Of a stretch of 64,000 nt of DNA, positions 49,996-62,425 are shown piece after piece. The notes beneath the pieces are model-generated. The model was given only the letters and a program-made list of their open reading frames with translations. It was not told the DNA's origin and ran no database searches. The DNA comes from Octopus vulgaris (taxonomy: Eukaryota), in the NCBI GenBank assembly GCA_951406725.2, contig OX597822.1, positions 117,366,001 through 117,430,000 on the forward strand, written 5' to 3'. Within the stretch, counting starts at the first letter, position 1. Each line of letters begins with the position of its first letter. The position numbers and the translations under genes are program-made.

Positions 49996-52486
49996 TCAAT
50001 TAGTTTAAATGGTTTTCATGCCGTTCTCAAGAATATTGCTCCCTCAAAAGGTTTAGTGCAGGATTTCTTACCGAGGTAGAATCAGGTATATAAAAGATGT
50101 TATAGAAAAGTTCAGCGAGTTGATTTATTGTGAGGGATAAAATTAAATTTTTAGATACTGGCTTTTCTTTAGAGTAATACTTAAGGGTTAATACCATTTA
50201 TCACTAAATTGCAAATGAGAAAAGGAGTGGAGGATTGATGCTGGGAAGAAAAGCGAGGAGTAGCAGGAGTCGTATGGGGACTGTCTGATGGAAGATGAAA
50301 TTAAGTGAGGTAATGGCAGTTACTATTTGTGGCAAGATCCGAGTAGAGTAGAAAGAGATAAGGTGAGAGTTATGTCAGGAGATAAATTAAGAAATTTGGG
50401 ACTAGTTAGAAGTTCTGTGATGAAAGGACAGTTAAAAGGAACAAGGAGAGACAAAAATCCTATTTACAACATTGTCTCCGTAAATAGTTCTTAAAATTAT
50501 CTTTACGAATATCACAAAGTAATGTATGTTGTTTAATAAATTTTTAGACTGCAGTTTGTGTTTGTAAACTTTCGAAAATATGAACCAATATTTAAAAGGA
50601 ACGGTACGAGGTTTTAAAAGTGGCAATGGAAAAAAATAAATTTCATTTAAACAATTACATTTTCTGCAGATGACATTTAAGTGTTCGGTGTTCTTATGCA
50701 AAACTATATATTTGAATTAAAAGAAAAAAGTGTACATTGTACAGCCTTATTCCTTGATAAGCTCAAAGAATTTTGGTCCTCTTTGACATCGGATGCGTTA
50801 GTGGATAAAAGAAAATATTTCGACTCAAGTCAGCAGTCTTAACTACCTTTCGTGGTGAAACTGTTTGAGAGGAGTGATGTCTGGAATGGCGTTTGGAATG
50901 AGAAAAACTTAGCTTCCCGTCACTTTCTTTATATTTCTCCTTCCGATGTTTACAAAGCGATTTAAGTAGAACATATTTGTAAAGTTTATTCTTGTCTTTG
51001 GCGAATTTCTTTTTAGGCGAACCAGAAGTTTCCAAATTTTTCTCGTCTTGAGAGGAATTCAATTTCATGCTTTCTTTTCTTTTACTGCGGAGACGATACC
51101 GTGTTGGAGCAATCAGAGACATGGTTTAGCGAAATGTCTAAATCTGAGATGATGATGTTAACTATAAACTAGTCTTCCTATATAAATGATTTTCTCATCA
51201 AATCCAGTTAATATAAAGACACACTCTCTAACATATGCAAAATGGTTCCTTCCAAGTTCAACAACAGCTCATATTAAACAAGAAGCTCATTAATGTCTTT
51301 ATGGCAAATTTGATGAAATATAAGAAGCTCATTAATGGTAATTACAGATTGACACGTGACGTTACTAATGAAAAAAAGAAGAAAAAAGATTTACATAGTC
51401 TGCAGCCGTTAAAATGGGAAACGGAAAATAATGCTGTTTAACGGAGAGCTTTTTTGTAATAAAACCTTAAAAATTTCTCAACAAAACAGGTATAAGCTTC
51501 TGAATACAAAGGCTGTGAGTTCTCTTCCAACTAATGCCTCACTTCCCAGTTGAAAGCAATAAATAACAAAGTGTCTAGCGATGACTAAGGGAAGCTTTTC
51601 CATTGGGAATAGAAACTCTGGCCCTTCACTCGTAACTTCGTCAATGTTCTCGTGATAGTTTTAATGACACCGCAACCGAATAGACGAACACTTGGAGAGT
51701 CCAAATTTAGTCTCGATATAGATTCTCAGGTGAAAGGAAAGCATGTTTGCTCTCGCTATTAATATATTTGGTAAAGATATGACTGCTTAAGCTATAATAT
51801 AAGGGCCTGGGTATTATTCTACTATCATACCCGTCTCGTTAGGTATGTTGTGCACTAGTGTAAATTTAAAGAAAGAAAAGGATACGGAATTGGGAGGAGG
51901 GTTAAAATATAAAAAATGCAATTATTACATAAAAAAAAAAGAAAAAAACACGGGCAGAAGGAAACGACCCCCCAGTTCCTTACCGCTTTCCTTTTTCACG
52001 AAAAGCTGTCTCATGAGACGGGTGCAGTTGTAAACATTTATTGGGCTTTGTGCTAATTACAAATAAAAACAATATTTCAGGAATTATTATACCTTTAGTA
52101 AAAGGCATGAGAACCACAAAATCCACTTTACCTTAAAATGTACGGCCTTATTAAGTTTTATAAAATAAATCAATATTTTAATCGGTTTAAGCGAGGTTTT
52201 AGATTAAAAAATTTTTTTTCGATAAGTTGAGCTTGGTGAAATGGTTTCAGTTCCTGGTTGAAGCTGTTAATGTTTCTGGGAAAAATCAAGCATTCCACTT
52301 GATTTCACCGCTAAAACGCCATATCCTTTTTACCAAGTCAAAAAAAGAAAAAGAAGACCATTTAAATGACTGCAGTGGATTCGTGTAAGAGCTGTGAGCT
52401 GATTTCACAACACTTTTTCGATTCAAGAACGGACCAATTCAACCAACATTCTTGAGAACGGCATGAAAACCATTTAAACTAATTGA
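49996..52486. mobile_element. Unclassified TIR element with 5-bp TSD, no recognisable transposase, cargo ORF
   Basis: TCGTA|TCAATTAGTTTAAATGGTTTTCATGCCGTTCTCAAGAATATTG ... CAACATTCTTGAGAACGGCATGAAAACCATTTAAACTAATTGA|TCGTA; 42/43 match. Confidence 0.8.
50763..51122 (-). CDS. Putative small basic K/R/S-rich protein (119 aa), orphan
   Basis: ATG in aaaccATG context, non-repetitive sequence, 32 K+R of 119 residues, SPKK and SPRK motifs, TATATA ~60 bp upstream; no homology recognised. Confidence 0.45.
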   Translation of the reverse strand: MSLIAPTRYRLRSKRKESMKLNSSQDEKNLETSGSPKKKFAKDKNKLYKYVLLKSLCKHRKEKYKESDGKLSFSHSKRHSRHHSSQTVSPRKVVKTADLSRNIFFYPLTHPMSKRTKIL

Positions 52487-52757
52487 TCGTATCTTATACT
52501 TTTGCTGATTAATATTTAAATAAAATCAATATTCATGTAGTTATTGATTCTATAATAGTCTCATCACCCAAGAAGAAATACCACTCAAAGGCTTATTTAA
52601 AAATCGCTCGATGTGTTACTTTACTGGAGTGTGAGAAATGTGAAATGCAAATCAAACAAAGTAAAAACCATCACACTATCCAACCTAAACTAAACATACT
52701 TTGCTTCTATTCTAAAAACAATGTTTCTCACAAGCGACACTTAACTGACATTTTAAA

Positions 52758-52895
<138 letters not shown>

Positions 52896-52994
52896 AAGTT
52901 AATCCAAACATGAAAACACAAAGAGAAAACACAACAACGCGAGGACGTGGAACAAGTATGGTATTATTGGACGCCCAGGAAAGAAGGAAAGAAG

Positions 52995-53035
52995 GAGGGT
53001 ATAACGTTTCGAGCGGAGCTCTTCGTCAGAAACAT
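52995..53035 (-). ncRNA. Minimal hammerhead-like motif in a Penelope-type terminal repeat (52895-53060)
   Basis: Minus strand CUGACGA-AGAGC-UCC-GCUC-GAAACGUU; stem I not convincingly paired. Confidence 0.55.
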
Positions 53036-53058
53036 AGGAAACGGAAAGATCCAAAGAA

Positions 53059-53104
<46 letters not shown>

Positions 53105-53107
<3 letters not shown>

Positions 53108-53750
53108 TTAGGCTAAGAAAAAATTTTAGAAATTTTTACTACAAGTGATCTATCATGTAGAAAACTAGTCAATAGACTATATATTATTCATATAAATACA
53201 GTGTACATTTAAACACATAGGAGGTGACCATTATAGGACATCTAGCATGCTAGAAGAAGTAGCCAAAATCTAAACCACTATTGGGATAAATTTCGAAGGG
53301 AATGAAAACTAAAAACATTTACCACCTATCTCCTGGATCATGGTTTTCTACATGCTAGGCTACTAGTAGCAAAAATTTCTAAATTTTTTTCTTACCCTGA
53401 TATTCATTAATTATTGATAATTTTTGGTAAATTTTCGAAGAAATTCCGGCATTATTTTTATTTGCTGCCGATAAAAAACTGCGCTTGCGCGGTGGATTTG
53501 AAAAATTATAATATATAAGCACGTGACATATGCTATATTGCCTCGTATTTATATGTTCATCTTGGCGTACCTGTTGAAGAAAGCTCCGCATAGCAAATAA
53601 AATAATTTGCTAATTTAGAGCTCGAAACCATGGTCCAGGAGATAGATGGCAAATGTTTTTATTTTTCATTCCCTTCAAAATTTATCCCTAATAGTGGTTT
53701 GGAGTTTGGCTACTTCTTCTAGCATGCTAGGTGTTTAAATGTACACTGTA
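53105..53750. repeat. Interleaved inverted repeats / rearranged MITE
   Basis: 53105-53165 pairs with 53343-53403; 53197-53346 pairs with 53625-53750 (TACAGTGTACATTTAAACAC ends). Confidence 0.8.
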
Positions 53751-53804
53751 TATATATATATATATATATAAAACCAAAAAATAAGCAACAAGAATGGATC
53801 GGTA

Positions 53805-53892
53805 ATTTAGTACAATTGTTTCATACTATAACAATTTATTAAAGCTGCAAATATTACAGAAAATATAATATGTTAAGTAATCTTCAGCTAAT
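53805..53892 (-). ncRNA. Type I hammerhead ribozyme motif (Penelope-type)
   Basis: Minus strand UUAG-CUGAAGA-UUAC...GUAU-GAAAC-AAUU-GUA-CUAA; first pair of stem II mismatched. Confidence 0.65.
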
Positions 53893-54468
53893 TTCATATA
53901 GGTTTTCCAAACATCTTAGAGAGTGTAAATATACTTATAAAGTTATAGATCTGAGCTCCAGGAACTTGAAGCAAGATTCCAAGCAGACCATATATGCTTT
54001 CCAACAATGTAAAGTCCTCAAATTAATTAGTGACATCCCAGAGAAGGTAAATATACTCATAAAGATGTGGATATAAATTTCAGGAAACATGAAGAAAGAT
54101 GCCAATCAGACCACGATTAAGTTCGCATCTAACTGTTACAAAAAAATTTCTATAGTAGTAGGTCAAGGAAGCTGACTAGCTAGAGAAAAGAACAGAAGGA
54201 GAAAAAAATATATTGGGGGTGTAAAAGAAATAAAGATACTAAAAAGAAAAGTCAGTCTATTTCTATGGTGACAGAAAATCTAGGTCAGTGTGGAGGAAAT
54301 CTTAAATTCTTAAGAGAACTGTAAGGTTGATCACCCCTAGCTTTCAACTGAAAGCCATCAGAATTTATAGTGGGAGTTAAAATAAAGGAAGATCTAAGGA
54401 AAACACTAAAGGATTATCGGTAGAGAAAGATACAGTAAGAAAATTAAGGTTAACACTAGAATAGAAGG

Positions 54469-54508
<40 letters not shown>

Positions 54509-54582
54509 ATGATATTAGGGAGTATATCCAAACTTACAGGGAAAAATTAGATTTAGGATTAAATCCAATTTTATAGTATAAA

Positions 54583-56661
54583 CACCCGTTTGTTGTTTAT
54601 ACACCTGTCTTCGTCTTTTGTTTTTCTGTAAATTTCAACTATATATATAACGGGTGTATTAGTTTAAAGCTCGGGAAGGTGAGAAAGTTTCTTGCGTTTC
54701 GAGCCGATGCTCTTCAACAGAAAGGAACATGAGAAAATAAACAGAGAAAGAATAAAAAAATCTTTAGGAGCTAGCGGTCAATCATTGCGGCTGGCTGGAC
54801 AAGAGAGCTGGGAAGAAGGAGAGATAATAAAGTATTGGTGATCCCAAAACGAAGGTGCGTGTGCGTGTGTATGTGAGAGTGTGTGCGTGCGTGTGGATAG
54901 GGGCTGGTGACTTTGACGTGTGGATGTGTGCGTGTGTAAGTGAGTGCGTCTGTAATATGTGGGCGTGTGGATGATGGTGTGGGTGCTAGGAAGTGGTTAG
55001 TGCTATTGCGTGCGGGGTGGTGTGATGTGATGTGGTGATGGTGTGTGGTGTGACATGATGTAGTGTGGCGTTGCTGGAGTGTGGCGATGCGAGGGCGGGG
55101 TGTGGGGATGTGAGGATGTGAGGATGTGGGGTTAAGGGTGGGGCATGTGGGAGTGGGATGTGTAGGGGTATGGTGTAGAGGTGGGATTGGGATATGTAGG
55201 GGTGTGGTGTGGATGGAGGGGGTATCGATGAAGGGAGAAGGTGGGTAGGAGGGAAGAGAGGAAGTGTGAGCTGAAGAGAGGAGAGGTGGGGAGTCAGATG
55301 ATAGGAGAGTTGAATCCATGTGGCGCAAAAGAGCGAAAAGAGAAGATTAATTCCTGTTCACGGCGAAGGCGGGAGTCGTGATGGCCCTGTGCAAAGACAA
55401 TCCGAACACAGACAGGTGTTGTAATGAATGACCGGTAGAGCGGAAATGGCGCGAGACCGGGATTTCATTGCCGAGTCTAATGTCTCGGAGGTGCTCCGCG
55501 AACCAGTCAGCCAAACGGCATCCCGTTGACCGATGTACAGAGAAGGACAGAAAGAACAGGAGATGCAGTAAATGACGTTGCTAGAAGTGCAGGTAAAGGA
55601 ATCAGTGATATGAGACGATGATGAGTGCCTGTGAGGATGGTGGTGTTGGAGAGGTAGGGTCAAATGCGGCAGCGTGGGCGGGAGTAGGGGAACGAGCCAG
55701 GTTGGGAGGTGGGGTTAGGGAAGAAACTGTGGACGAGGAGGCTACATAGGTTGTGGGCTCGTTTGAAGAGGGAAGGTAGGTTGGGGAAGATGTGCGAATG
55801 GAAGAGTCGGACTGGTGTCACTGGAAGGCTCGAAGAATGGTGCGTTGGAGGGGTAGTAGGTGGGGGGGGGGGGAACGGGAGATGGGTAACGGCGGGGCGG
55901 CTGCGGGGAGAGAGAGAGCAGAGGCACGGTCAACGGAACGTGCTCTCGTAAGGGATAGTAGTGAGGGGATATCCATAAAGGATGAAATGGCGAGCCATGA
56001 GTTGAGACTGAGTCTCAAAGTCATGGTTGTCACTGCAAAGCCTGCGCAGGCGGAGGAATTGGGAGTAGGGGATGGAGAGTTTGGTGTGGGTAGGGTGGCG
56101 GGAGAAGTTGAGGTATGGGTGTGAGTCAGTGTGTTTGTAGTGGATGGAGGTAGTGAGAATGGAGTTGCGTATGTTGACAGAAATGTCGAGAAAGGCAACG
56201 GAAGTGTTGGAAATGGTGCAGGAGAATTCGAGGGCAGGATGGAAAGATTGGACAAAAGAGAGGAAGAAGTTTAGTTGTTCGCGGGAGAGGGAGATCACAC
56301 CCATACAGTCATCAATATAACGACCGTATAGTGCGGGAGTGGGACCAGTGAATCTTGGCCTCAACGTAGCCAACGAACAGGTTCGCATAGTTGGGTCACA
56401 TTCTCGTTCCCATGGCCACTCCGGGGATTCATTGGTAAAACTCCCCGGCGAACGAGAAGCAGTTGAGAGAGAGAACAAGTTCGGCCAGACGAAGAAGTGT
56501 GGACGTGTCAGGTTGGAGATTTGGTCTAAAGTCTAGGAAGTGTTTGATGGCAAGAAGTCCTACGTGGTGTAGGATCACCGTATATAGATTCTTGATGTCA
56601 AGAGTGAAGAGAAGTTTAGAGGGGACAGGAGGAAAAGAGAAAGAGTTGAAAAGACGAAGGG
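54583..56661 (-). mobile_element. Penelope-like retroelement (RT, GIY-YIG, terminal repeat with inverted tail piece), degraded
   Basis: FTLDIKNLYT, YGRYIDDCMG, VAFLDISV, SIPYSQFLRLRRLCS, FTCTSSNVIYCISC...LYIGQ; terminal repeat homologous to 44222-44419 with its end inverted at 54583-54640. Confidence 0.92.
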
Positions 56662-56666
56662 TATGG

Positions 56667-56700
<34 letters not shown>

Positions 56701-57175
56701 GATTTTTATGTATATGTGGATTAGTATATTCACTTCTATTAACACACAGAGTAGTCTATTAACACTTTTCTATACTATTTCTGTGTGCTTATATTTTCTG
56801 GGCTATTTGCAAATTATATTCTCAAGTAGTGTAGGAAAAATGTTGGTCTTCATCAATGGTTTGTAACAGCGAGCTCACCGCAGGATTCAAAAGGGACTGA
56901 AATGAACTGAAGAATTTCAGTTCATTTGAACACTGTTTTTCTGAAGGCACCCACTTACACGGCAAAAGAGTTGTTTGATGTATCATAAAGTAATTTCCTT
57001 CTCCTGATTAAAGATTTCGGCACTAAACAGCATGGTTATGAAATCTAGATTGCATTCATTCTTTTTACTTTATTGACGGGACTTGATTCACAGAAGAATT
57101 TCTCGGTTGATGAATGTACGAAATGCTTCTGTCATTCTCTCTATCCTCATTAATTTAGATAATAGTAAAATAATG

Positions 57176-57560
57176 CGGCGAGGAACTGGCAGAATCGTTA
57201 GCGCCCCGGGCAAAATACTTTATGGTATTTCGTCCGCCGCTGCGTTCTGAGTTCAAATTCCGCTGAGCTCAACTTTGCCTTTCATCCTTTCGGGGTCGAT
57301 TAAATAAGTACCAGTTACGCATTGGGGTCGATGTAATCGACCTAATCCGTTTGTCTGTCCTTGTTTGTCCTCTCTGTGTGTAGCCCCTTGTGGATAGTAA
57401 AGAAATAGGTATTTCGCCTGTCTATGCGTTCTGTGTTCAAAATCTGTCATGGTCGACTTTGCCTTTCATCATTTCGGGGTCAATAGGACAAGTACCAGTT
57501 GTAATCGACTTAGCCACTTCCTAGAATTTGCTGGCCTTGTGCCTAAATTTGAAGCCAATA
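57176..57560 (+). mobile_element. SINE family B, 1.5-mer
   Basis: Head plus body, aaataggtatttcg junction at ~57405, then a second diverged unit. Confidence 0.8.
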
Positions 57561-58739
57561 TAAATAATCTATAGTGATTAGGAAAAAAAACAAAAAAACA
57601 GTAATTACTTTTTTATTTCGATCGATCAATCACCTCGTTTCAGCAGAGTTCCTTTCTCGCCATTTGCGACCTCCTCAATAACACACCATCGCAAACGGCA
57701 GCAAAAGGACTCTGATGAAGTTAGCTGGCCGAATGATCGATTGATTTACCGAACGATTGATCAGACACTCCATAAATCTAAAAGAAATTCTCTTAACAAA
57801 AATTATATAGAGAAGACCCATCCTGACTACTTCTTTTCATGTAAAGTTTTCTATAACTGCAACGGAAATGAAAGATAAACAAATAATACAGACATATAGA
57901 GATGATACGAAATAGAATCGTAAAACACGTCACGTACTTCTCTAATTTTTTAAAGAAACGTATGGATATCACAAAAAACGTCGTTTCACTTCTCTGCTAC
58001 AGACGAAGCCTTGTAGCTGAGGCCTTGCAAGAAATCAATATTGTGGAAAATGTCTTGCATTATTTTTTCCGGTCAGTAAATCTAGATGTCAAAATATTTA
58101 AAGTTAAAATATGTCATACAGAAACAAAGGTGGTTACTTTTTGTAAAACACGATGGTTTAAAACGACAGACGTAGCTCGTAAATAAAAAAAAAAAACAAA
58201 ACAAAAAAACCCCGCAAATGTTGGTGGGGAAGATCAAACGAAATCACAATGTAGCTTCGATAATTTCAGTTTGACATTAATTTTTTATTCCTAAAAAAAA
58301 TAAAACAACAAAAGGCAACAAAGAAAATGTCTTTATTTGCTGTAAGAACAAGAACGAGGCTAAACAAAGCTTGTTTTCGAATAACCAGGCACATGACGAA
58401 AATGCTTCATTACAAGACAGGGGGAGCTGAATCGATCCCAAACATATTAGCACTTACATTATTTACATTATTTAAATTCGACAGATATTTGTCCTCATCT
58501 TGTTTGTTGTTAATAAAACGTTTTGGCTGATATACCCTCCAGCCTTCTTCAGGTGTCTTGGGGAAATCTCAAACCTAGGTTCTCATCTTAAATATAGAAC
58601 TGTATTAGCATTTGTTGTTTATTTTATGAAACACGGTCGGGATGAAAGGTAAAACCGAGTCTGGAAGGATTTGCAATCAAAGAACAAAAAGAGAAAAAGA
58701 TGAAAGGAAAGATCCCAGCATTCCTGCTAATTTGTTACC

Positions 58740-59000
58740 TGGGCCACATCATGAAACCGGCGAGATGGGGTGGCTGTTGCAGCGAGTGCCGCTGGCCATT
58801 CTCCGCGGCAACGCCTTGGCAGTCATGTCCATGGGGCGGCGCAGCTGAACACGCCATTTTCTGGGGTGTACAACCCGTTTCTCCCTCCTCCCCCCACCAT
58901 TTTCTGCTGCTTATTTCCTTCGTTTTTCTCTCTTTTCTTTTGTTTCCTTGGTGATACAGTTATAAGATTTTTTTTCTCGATAATTTGATCTCTTTTACTT
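58740..59000 (+). mobile_element. CRE-clade (RLE) non-LTR retrotransposon 3' end
   Basis: GC-rich island translating WLLQRVPLAILRGNALAV...* like the QRxSxAxxRGNA C-terminus of CRE elements; T-rich 3' region follows. Confidence 0.65.
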
Positions 59001-59049
59001 TTAATGTTTATTTTCTTTCTTTTCTTCCTGTAAACATATCTCTTAGGTT

Positions 59050-59192
59050 TTATTTGTTTCAGTCATTAGATTGCGGCCATGCTGGGGCAGCGCCATGGGG
59101 AATTTTCTAGTCGAACTAATCGACCAAGTACTTACTTTCTAAGTTACGGATACGTAAACACACCAACACCGGTTGTCAAACGGTAGTGGGGA

Positions 59193-59223
<31 letters not shown>

Positions 59224-59381
59224 CGATAGGCTTCTTTCAGTTTCCGTTTACCAAATCTACTCACAAGTCTTTGGCCGGCTCGAGGCTGTAGTAAAAAACA
59301 CTAGCCCGAGGTGCCACGCAGTTGGACTGAACTCCGAACCACGTGGTTGGGAAGCAAACTACATACCACGCAGCCACGCCT
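59050..59381 (-). mobile_element. SINE family A copy
   Basis: Reverse complement of the 23390-23790 layout. Confidence 0.78.
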
Positions 59382-59794
59382 ATATGTTGGTATATAAATT
59401 AAAAGGTGTGAGCTGTTGAAATGATATTGAAAAAAATATACATAAAAGAAATGTTTTACCTTCTGAATGCTGGGGCTTCTTTTCGAGAGACACAAACTGA
59501 TACCGTAACAAAGGTACGAGTGAAAGGAACTGGTATCAGCTGAGACTCGAAGTAGCGTTAAGGAATATGAAATCATTTAAAGAACCCATGCAACTGAAGT
59601 ATAGCGTGCTTCAAAACTCTGTACTGTAAAAGACTGATTTCTTATATTGGTACAACGCCATAAATTTGGAAAGAGGACATTGTCAATTGAATAAATCTCA
59701 GTTCTTTTTATCGATGCCAGAAGAATGAAATACAGTAAAGTTAACGAGATTTGGACTTAAAAGGATCGTAACTAACTTTCTCAAAGTACTGTGG

Positions 59795-60188
59795 GATCTT
59801 TACCTTTTGACCGGCAGATTTAGAAATAACTTTTTGTAACTAAATACTTTCAAACTTTGAATACTGGTAGAATGTGTCATATTAAACATCTTTTACTCTT
59901 AGCGTTTTTCAGAAAAGTTTATATTTACGAAGTTATTTCGTGGTAAATATACACCGCCGATAGTTGTTGACAAACAACGGCAGTAATTTTATTCAGCTGA
60001 ATACACGTCATCGATTGGTTGAAATTACCGAAATACGACAACTTTAACACGAAATAACTTCATAAATATTAACTATTCTCAAAAACGCTAAGATGTTTTA
60101 TATGACACATTCTACCAGTGTCCGAAGTTTGAAAGTGTTTAGTTACAAAAAATTATTTTCTAAATCTGCCGGTCAAAAGGTAAAGATC
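59795..60188. mobile_element. MITE with ~150-bp terminal inverted repeats
   Basis: GATCTTTACCTTTTGACCGGCAGATTTAGAAA ... TTTCTAAATCTGCCGGTCAAAAGGTAAAGATC; tgtg on both flanks. Confidence 0.9.
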
Positions 60189-60235
60189 TGTGTTTGACAG
60201 ATTAACGAGTTTAGCAATCTGCTAAACATATAAAC

Positions 60236-60317
<82 letters not shown>

Positions 60318-60716
60318 TTGTTTATATTATTTATATGTAAAATGTCTTTCCTGTGTGAAACTTCGAGTTATTGATAAAACGAAATAATAATGAGGCCAGG
60401 TTTTGATCTCTTTAATTAAAATACCGCCATTGTTATCAGGTAAAATATAAGGATTTTGAATCTATAATGTTAAAAATTTCACTTTGCGTTTCCGTCTAAT
60501 TAATCACCGTTGACCTATGCAACTGAACAACAACAACAACACCAAGAAGAAGAAGAAGAAGAACAACAACAACAACAGCAAAATCAAATTAATTTTGACA
60601 TTTAGCAGTTCGATTAAATAGATTTTCATTTGAATTTAACATTTAGATGCTTGAATTCAGATTTTATGGAAAAACTTTCATCTTTTGTCTTTTCTTTTCA
60701 GTATCTGCTTTATTTG

Positions 60717-60914
<198 letters not shown>

Positions 60915-61290
60915 ACAAAAGGCGAGCGAGTTATGTACATGTTTTCTTGCGTTTTGCTAGAAGCAACGTGTGAAAATATATCGAAACCCGATCATGGTTG
61001 TACGAACGAAAGCCTATTTCTGCAGCGGTTGGTACAGTTGTATTTCCTTATATAACTCTGAGACGTTCAGTTGTTAAATCATGTTCAATTATATATGGAG
61101 TTCAAATGTCGCCTTTATTTTTCATCAATGTGGGGCTTGCTTTAATCTATTACGTCATACCCTTACAGATATTGATTTTGAATCTAGTCAAAATCAATCG
61201 GAATTAGTCGTAGCAGCACAGGTCGATGAGTTGGCAAGAAGCGTAGGACATCTTATAGTATTTAATCTATATTTTGAGATGGACTTATAC

Positions 61291-61708
61291 CTATTTCTTT
61301 ACTACCCACAACGGGCTAAACACAGAGAGGACAAACAAGGACAGACAAACGGATTAAGTCGATTACATCGACCCCAGTGCGTAACTGGTACTTAATTTAT
61401 CGACCCCGAAAGGATGAAAGGCAAAGTCGACCTCGGCGGAATTTGAACTCAGAACGTAACGGCAGACGAAATACCTATTTCTTTACTACCCACAACGGGC
61501 TAAACACACAGAGGACAAACAAGGACAGACAAACGGATTAAGTCGATTACATCGACCCCAGTGCGTAACTGGTACTTAATTTATCGACCCCGAAAGGATG
61601 AAAGGCAAAGTTGACCTCGGCGGAATTTGAACTCAGAACGTAACGGCAGACGAAATACAGCCAAGCATTTTGCCCGGCGTGCTAACGTTTCTGCCAGCTC
61701 GCCGCCTT
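61291..61708 (-). mobile_element. Young SINE family B dimer with 14-bp TSD
   Basis: agatggacttatac at 61277-61290 and 61709-61722; two near-identical 184-bp units. Confidence 0.93.
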
Positions 61709-62425
61709 AGATGGACTTATACTAAGTTCAACTTAATCACAACATGCTAGAATGGCCTGGCGATCAACAGGGGTTGGGGCAAATGATTTTCGGTCTTTTA
61801 CTGGTTGGCTTTAAAAGTTGAGTTTCCCTCCAACCCGTACTGTGTATATTGCTCAAAACTTTCGATCGAGTTTATTGGAGTTAACTTCCTTGTTGGCTTT
61901 TAATAAGCAACCGCAGAGGGAATTGTTGTCTACTAATTGTTTCGGTAATCTCAGCTGATCGAACCTTTTTTTAACTTAATATATTACACACATGAGACGC
62001 TATCGTATCATTATATTTACACACGAACGATGTCGTCACGAAATGCCAATGAGACTAATATTATGAGCTTCGGATAAAGATTTTATCGTAGTTGGACGAG
62101 TACTGCCAATTACGGAGAAAAAAAAATGCTATGAAATTACGCGAGCTTAAAGTTATTAAAATATTTATAATATCGATAAGGCTGGTGACCTTTTAAAGTT
62201 TCAACTAATTTATCTAACATTATATTTTGGTACGTAAATGTCACCAGTTGTAGATTGGGTGACTAATATGTAATTTGGTAAGACGGAGGGACACTTGTTT
62301 TAAGTTTAACTGGGTCAATTGTTTAATAGATGTGTTTGAACAAACATTACTCATGACCACATTATCTAATATGCAATAAAGTTCAAGAGGAAAAAGTCTC
62401 CGAAAATCAGAGTAGTGGCGCAGGT

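Noticed and set aside
57705-57740. Hammerhead at ctgatgaag...gccgaa
   Set aside because: Stem II pairs poorly and no GAAA, stem III or UH site can be built.
58515-58560. Hammerhead CTGAAGA-AGGCTG...CAGCC-AAAAC on the minus strand
   Set aside because: Catalytic G12 is replaced by A; probably a dead Penelope-type relic, so not called as a ribozyme.
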